A stretch of DNA of 64,000 nucleotides from a virus (Duplodnaviria; Caudoviricetes): the IMG/VR virus record IMGVR_UViG_3300005805_000071, positions 1 to 64,000 of that record. One strand, given 5' to 3'. The position numbers and the translations under genes are program-made. The notes beneath the pieces are model-generated. The model was given only the letters and a program-made list of their open reading frames with translations, did not search any database and had not been told where the DNA came from. Below, one piece after another: positions 60,387 through 64,000 of this stretch. How positions within the stretch are numbered: position 1 is the stretch's first letter; every line of letters starts with the position of its first letter.

Positions 60387-60653
60387 TCAGTTCAGATCTG
60401 CTGCCTGAGAATACACATCGTAGAACATATCCCAGGCAAACTTATCAGCAACAAAGGTCTGAATGTCACACTGATCGCATACCCAATCGTATGCAGTATC
60501 GCAATCTGCGTTAGTATCAATCACGAAATCGTAGAGACCTTCGATTGCACTACGGAAAGCATCATTCTCAACCAGAGAAACAAAGAACCGACCAGATTCG
60601 TTGTCTTTCATGATCATTTTACCAGAGACAGAGTAGGCAGGAGAGTAGGACAT
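60387..60653 (-). CDS. Small acidic early hypothetical protein
   Basis: 88-aa ORF downstream of the promoter at about 60705. Confidence 0.75.
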   Translation of the reverse strand: MSYSPAYSVSGKMIMKDNESGRFFVSLVENDAFRSAIEGLYDFVIDTNADCDTAYDWVCDQCDIQTFVADKFAWDMFYDVYSQAADLN

Positions 60654-60704
60654 TTGAGTGAAGTTTGTTTGTGGTGGGGGTCTCTCTCAACCCCCGATGA
60701 ACAT

Positions 60705-60746
60705 ACAATAACCGATCACCCCACCCCCCGTAGTTCACCGTGATAC
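60705..60746 (-). promoter_or_regulatory. Promoter with NtcA/CRP class II geometry
   Basis: GTA-N8-AAC, then 22 bp, then TATTGT; no -35 hexamer. Confidence 0.5.
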
Positions 60747-60802
60747 AAAACCAGAGATTTATTGATCAGTGCTGCTTATGGGTCTGATAAGCACAATTTA
60801 TA

Positions 60803-60985
60803 TCACTCAACCTTGCAATCTGGGTGCCAGGTGTTAAGTTGAGCACAAACTTGCTCCTTTTGATTATACACAGCATCGAACAGTTTGTTATCACGTTGGA
60901 TCAGAAATGCGTTCCAACCGATCATTGCGGCAAATGCAATTACAAATGCGGCAATATACTTAGGAGATAGATTCATGATCACCAA
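60803..60985 (-). CDS. Small membrane protein
   Basis: One hydrophobic helix YIAAFVIAFAAMIGWNAFLI; probable ATG at 60976. Confidence 0.7.
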   Translation of the reverse strand: MVIMNLSPKYIAAFVIAFAAMIGWNAFLIQRDNKLFDAVYNQKEQVCAQLNTWHPDCKVE

Positions 60986-61242
60986 GTTCCTCGTTGAATG
61001 TGAATGTTGCGGATCTCACTATAAATGAACTTCTTCAGTTTTAGGTCATCAGTATTATCAAATGCAACATAAAGACGATTCAAATACTCATCCTGCGTCA
61101 TACATTTGATAGTCTTTGCTGTGCTCATTCCGATCTCCGTAAGTGTTGAACCTGCTTGCACTTTGTTCCGTCCGAAGTTACCTGAAACCCTACCAGTTGT
61201 TCTCAGTTTGGGTTTGATCTTTGAGAGATTGGAGTAAGTCAT
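60979..61242 (-). CDS. Small basic early hypothetical protein
   Basis: Probable start MTYSNLSKIKPKLRT at 61242. Confidence 0.7.
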   Translation of the reverse strand: MTYSNLSKIKPKLRTTGRVSGNFGRNKVQAGSTLTEIGMSTAKTIKCMTQDEYLNRLYVAFDNTDDLKLKKFIYSEIRNIHIQRGTW

Positions 61243-61246
61243 GCGA

Positions 61247-61405
61247 TCACAGATCTCCAAAATTGTTGACAAGAAAATCTTCAAGTTCAACCAGTTTGCT
61301 ATCACTGAGAGAGGTCAAATACTCATCAATGATAGTAGCAAGCAGGTCAGGATCTTGCCTACATTTGTCATACAGAAACTCAAACATAGGATTTACAGTC
61401 ATCAT
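61247..61405 (-). CDS. Small acidic early hypothetical protein, 52 aa
   Basis: Not in the ORF track. MMTVNPMFEFLYDKCRQDPDLLATIIDEYLTSLSDSKLVELEDFLVNNFGDL; TGATG coupling. Confidence 0.7.
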   Translation of the reverse strand: MMTVNPMFEFLYDKCRQDPDLLATIIDEYLTSLSDSKLVELEDFLVNNFGDL

Positions 61406-61689
61406 CAAACTCCGAGAAGTACAGGGGCAGGTTGAACAGAATAGGTGACTCCACCTTTATACTCAGCAGACACACTTACAGCATGAGAAGGTGCTCCAAG
61501 TTCATCCACAATCTTCCACGAATCCTCTCCATCTTCGATCACAACATAACCGAAAGTTCCTGCAATCGAGAGAGATTTGAGACCCCACTTTTCTGCTTGA
61601 GATTGACGATCCCACCAAGTTCTTTCATTCCAGAATTGTGCAGGATCATCATTGCGAGGTCCGAAAGTGATGCAAACAAAACGATCCAT
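61405..61689 (-). CDS. Early hypothetical protein
   Basis: Probable ATG at 61689 with GGAGG upstream. Confidence 0.7.
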   Translation of the reverse strand: MDRFVCITFGPRNDDPAQFWNERTWWDRQSQAEKWGLKSLSIAGTFGYVVIEDGEDSWKIVDELGAPSHAVSVSAEYKGGVTYSVQPAPVLLGV

Positions 61690-61694
61690 GTTAA

Positions 61695-61862
61695 TCAACC
61701 TCCGAAAAGTTCTTCAAAGAGAGGAGTTTCAGCAAAACGTTGCTGATCGTATTCATCACGAACACGATAGATTTCATCTTCAACCATCCGAACTTCCGCA
61801 CGTTTCATGTTAAGTTTGTGCCGAAGTTCGTAGAGTCGTTGATTGCGTTCTGTGAGTGTCAT
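61695..61862 (-). CDS. Small coiled-coil early protein, 55 aa
   Basis: Not in the ORF track. MTLTERNQRLYELRHKLNMKRAEVRMVEDEIYRVRDEYDQQRFAETPLFEELFGG; first gene after a promoter. Confidence 0.75.
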   Translation of the reverse strand: MTLTERNQRLYELRHKLNMKRAEVRMVEDEIYRVRDEYDQQRFAETPLFEELFGG

Positions 61863-61891
61863 TTGTTTGATTTCTTTGACTCTTATAGTAT
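61860..61891. repeat. 32-bp direct repeat, copy 1 (promoter -10 plus leader plus ATG)
   Basis: CATTTGTTTGATTTCTTTGACTCTTATAGTAT, identical at 62492-62523. Confidence 0.9.
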
Positions 61892-61915
61892 TGCAGAGAT
61901 CAGGGCAGAAGTCAA
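61887..61915 (-). promoter_or_regulatory. Sigma70-type early promoter
   Basis: TTGACT-17 bp-AATACT with a TGn extension. Confidence 0.75.
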
Positions 61916-61935
61916 GGGGTTTGAGATCAGTGTTT

Positions 61936-62124
61936 CTAATGAGTCAAATCTGCTTTGATAAGTTCTCTGCATAGTTTAAATCGTTCCCATTCGTTATCAT
62001 CGAAGTTGTCAGATGCGTATGGGATACCTACAATGTAGGCACAAGTCTTATTTACATCTTCCTGATCCTGAATTGCATGTGCTTGACTATTACTCAAGAC
62101 TGCGGCAAGTGCAAACTCAATCAT
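61936..62124 (-). CDS. Small hypothetical protein with a signal-peptide-like N-terminus
   Basis: MIEFALAAVLSNSQAHA... Confidence 0.65.
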   Translation of the reverse strand: MIEFALAAVLSNSQAHAIQDQEDVNKTCAYIVGIPYASDNFDDNEWERFKLCRELIKADLTH

Positions 62125-62327
62125 TTCAGAACAATGCGATAATCAATGGATTTGATACACCAACCTGTCGCACAAGTGATCTCTTCAACTAGATCATCTT
62201 CGTCATCTGCTTCCCAGATACTACCAAACACACCATCACGGAGTTCTTCTTTGTATTCATCAGTGATGGGTTCATCATAAGCATCATCGCTAAAATCAAA
62301 GGCGATTTCAGTAACTTGGAATTGCAT
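62121..62327 (-). CDS. Small acidic early hypothetical protein
   Basis: WEADDEDDLVEEIT..TGWCI pattern. Confidence 0.75.
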   Translation of the reverse strand: MQFQVTEIAFDFSDDAYDEPITDEYKEELRDGVFGSIWEADDEDDLVEEITCATGWCIKSIDYRIVLK

Positions 62328-62329
62328 AA

Positions 62330-62494
62330 TCAGTAGTTAGAAACAGTGGTGAAGATGATGCCAGTTTCGTTATAACGAAGGTCAACATCACACTGATACT
62401 CTTCAGAGAGATCATAGGCAAGATCGTATGCACGATCCATGTCTACAGTAGTGTTCTCCCAAGGAGCAGCATGACACTTAACGTCGATTCGCAT
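62330..62494 (-). CDS. Small early hypothetical protein, 54 aa
   Basis: Real start MRIDVKCHAAPW at 62494; the ORF-track start lies inside the promoter. Confidence 0.75.
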   Translation of the reverse strand: MRIDVKCHAAPWENTTVDMDRAYDLAYDLSEEYQCDVDLRYNETGIIFTTVSNY

Positions 62495-62523
62495 TTGTTT
62501 GATTTCTTTGACTCTTATAGTAT
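62492..62523. repeat. 32-bp direct repeat, copy 2
   Basis: Identical to 61860-61891. Confidence 0.9.
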
Positions 62524-62547
62524 GGCACAGATGGGGGGCAGAGTCAA
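62519..62547 (-). promoter_or_regulatory. Sigma70-type early promoter
   Basis: TTGACT-17 bp-CATACT with a TGn extension. Confidence 0.78.
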
Positions 62548-62613
62548 CCCCCCAGACCATTAATGTTGCTTATAGGCATCATGAGGACCGATTAAGTATC
62601 CTCATGGCAACAT

Positions 62614-63846
62614 TCATCGAGTCATGGTAGAAATAGCAGGGACACCTTGCACAAAGATAGTATCAACAACAGACTGCAATCGCTTGGCAATAGCACTACC
62701 ATAGTTGGTGAACACGGGCACGATCACACTACCAAACTGTTTGCGATACAGATGACATGCACCAGCAGGAATCTTGCCAGATGCAATATCAGCAGCATCA
62801 TCTTTGTCCATACGGATAACACGTCCTACGGTCTGTGCCATCTCGATGATAGGCATTTGACGCAACATAATGCAGTGAGAGAGACCAGGAACGTTGATAC
62901 CTTCGGACAGAATACTATAGTGAAGCAGCACAAACTTCTTAGATTTGTCTTTGCCCCACTCGGTCAGAGTGTCAAAGAACTTCTCACGATTGACCTTTGT
63001 ACGATTAACATAGGCACCGTGCTTAGATGTAATGTGAAGGATGCCATATCCACGATCTTCCAACTCTTTCAGGATGTCAGAGTTAGTGAGCATATTCCAC
63101 ATAACTTTCGTGCTGGGAGCAGCTACGAGCACCTTAGGATTGTCATGCTCGATGTTATCGAGAATGTCCACAATCATGTTACGATCTGCCTCTGCTGCAG
63201 TACGTTTGTCACGGGTAATATCTACTTTGTAGGTATCAACTTGCGGAGGAATGATACAACCAGTCTCAATCAGTTCTTTAGCACGAACGTTGTGAATCAC
63301 GTTTCCGTAGATGCTAACGTTGTTCATGCCGTTAGCATTAGGATTGGTGTGATGTTTGGGAGTTGCAGTAAAGAAATACTTGCTATCTGCGGACAGAGAT
63401 GTAGCAGCAGTGGCAATAAAATGCTTCTTCTGAGTAGAATTGTGTGCCTCATCGAAGTATGCTACATCAGCACACACACCAGCATCAACTACACGACCGA
63501 GAGAATGATAGGTAGTGAAGATGATACGATTGGTGTCCGCATGTTGAGTAACCCAATCCGCAATCTTGTCGGATTTGGTAGAAGAATAGTGATGAGTTTC
63601 ACCACTATGAACGTGCATCACATTGGCAGAGGTGATAAACTCCAGAAACTCTGCGGAGAGTTGCTCAGCAAGCAGAATACGAGGTGCAACAACAACAGCA
63701 ATTTGACCAGGATTCTGCACAAAACGTTGCAGCAGATTCATGATCATGCAGAGAGTCTTGCCACCACCAGTAGGAATAACGATCTGACCGATCTTGTGCT
63801 GGTTCATTGCATCAAGCACACGGGATTGGTGGAGTCGCAGTTTCAT
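62614..63846 (-). CDS. Superfamily 2 (DEAH-box, type III restriction Res-like) helicase/ATPase
   Basis: Walker A PTGGGKT, DEAH, TAT, LSEGINVP and QTVGRVIR motifs. Start ATG 63846, since 63873 lies in the -10 element. Confidence 0.9.
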   Translation of the reverse strand: MKLRLHQSRVLDAMNQHKIGQIVIPTGGGKTLCMIMNLLQRFVQNPGQIAVVVAPRILLAEQLSAEFLEFITSANVMHVHSGETHHYSSTKSDKIADWVTQHADTNRIIFTTYHSLGRVVDAGVCADVAYFDEAHNSTQKKHFIATAATSLSADSKYFFTATPKHHTNPNANGMNNVSIYGNVIHNVRAKELIETGCIIPPQVDTYKVDITRDKRTAAEADRNMIVDILDNIEHDNPKVLVAAPSTKVMWNMLTNSDILKELEDRGYGILHITSKHGAYVNRTKVNREKFFDTLTEWGKDKSKKFVLLHYSILSEGINVPGLSHCIMLRQMPIIEMAQTVGRVIRMDKDDAADIASGKIPAGACHLYRKQFGSVIVPVFTNYGSAIAKRLQSVVDTIFVQGVPAISTMTR

Positions 63847-63869
63847 AGTAATTTGATTGGTATGTGAAT

Positions 63870-63898
63870 ACAATAGAGCACAAAGGTCTAGAAGTCAA
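63870..63898 (-). promoter_or_regulatory. Sigma70-type early promoter for the helicase
   Basis: TTGACT-17 bp-TATTGT. Confidence 0.85.
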
Positions 63899-64000
63899 CC
63901 CCCTAGACCATTAGACAATCTTATGGATAAGATAATCAATCCTTATCGTTATTTTCTTTTTCGCTATTTTGATCAGGTGTAATAGTTTGAAGAGATTTAT

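Noticed and set aside
62647-63867. 406-aa plus-strand ORF antisense to the helicase
   Set aside because: Codon-register shadow of the helicase, explained by avoidance of TTA/CTA/TCA in the sense frame. No recognisable motifs.
1-64000. tRNA, rRNA, integrase, transposase, reverse transcriptase, photosynthesis or bilin-synthesis genes
   Set aside because: None recognisable in this window by eye; tRNAscan and HMM searches were not run.

Overview
64 kb from a T4-like cyanobacterial myovirus (cyanomyovirus-type gene order; host assignment is inference). Nearly all genes are on the minus strand. Positions 1-57.8 kb are the late virion module. In transcription order it holds a Cys-rich 1294-aa protein, a PAAR-like tip, gp25, gp6, a giant 5247-aa gp7-like baseplate protein, a gp9/10-like connector, a subtilisin (S8) protease, gp8, a DUF4815-type protein, a 1689-aa fibre, gp13-16, an insertion including an SNase-like nuclease, and gp17-22. 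T4-type late promoters (NTAAATA) precede many of these genes. Positions 57.8-64 kb are an early-type region of small ORFs plus an SF2 helicase, with sigma70 promoters. The strongest finding is four tandem domains in the giant baseplate protein (~35.7-37.7 kb) that match the phycobiliprotein globin core, including the PGGN loop, the bilin-binding Cys82/84 (CxRD) motif and, in three copies, the beta-153/155 Cys. This suggests a possibly bilin-bearing virion protein. Also notable: a duplicated three-DnaA-box module with identical geometry, a shared palindromic operator at about -65 of early promoters, and an NtcA-geometry promoter. All family assignments come from recalled motifs; no searches were run.
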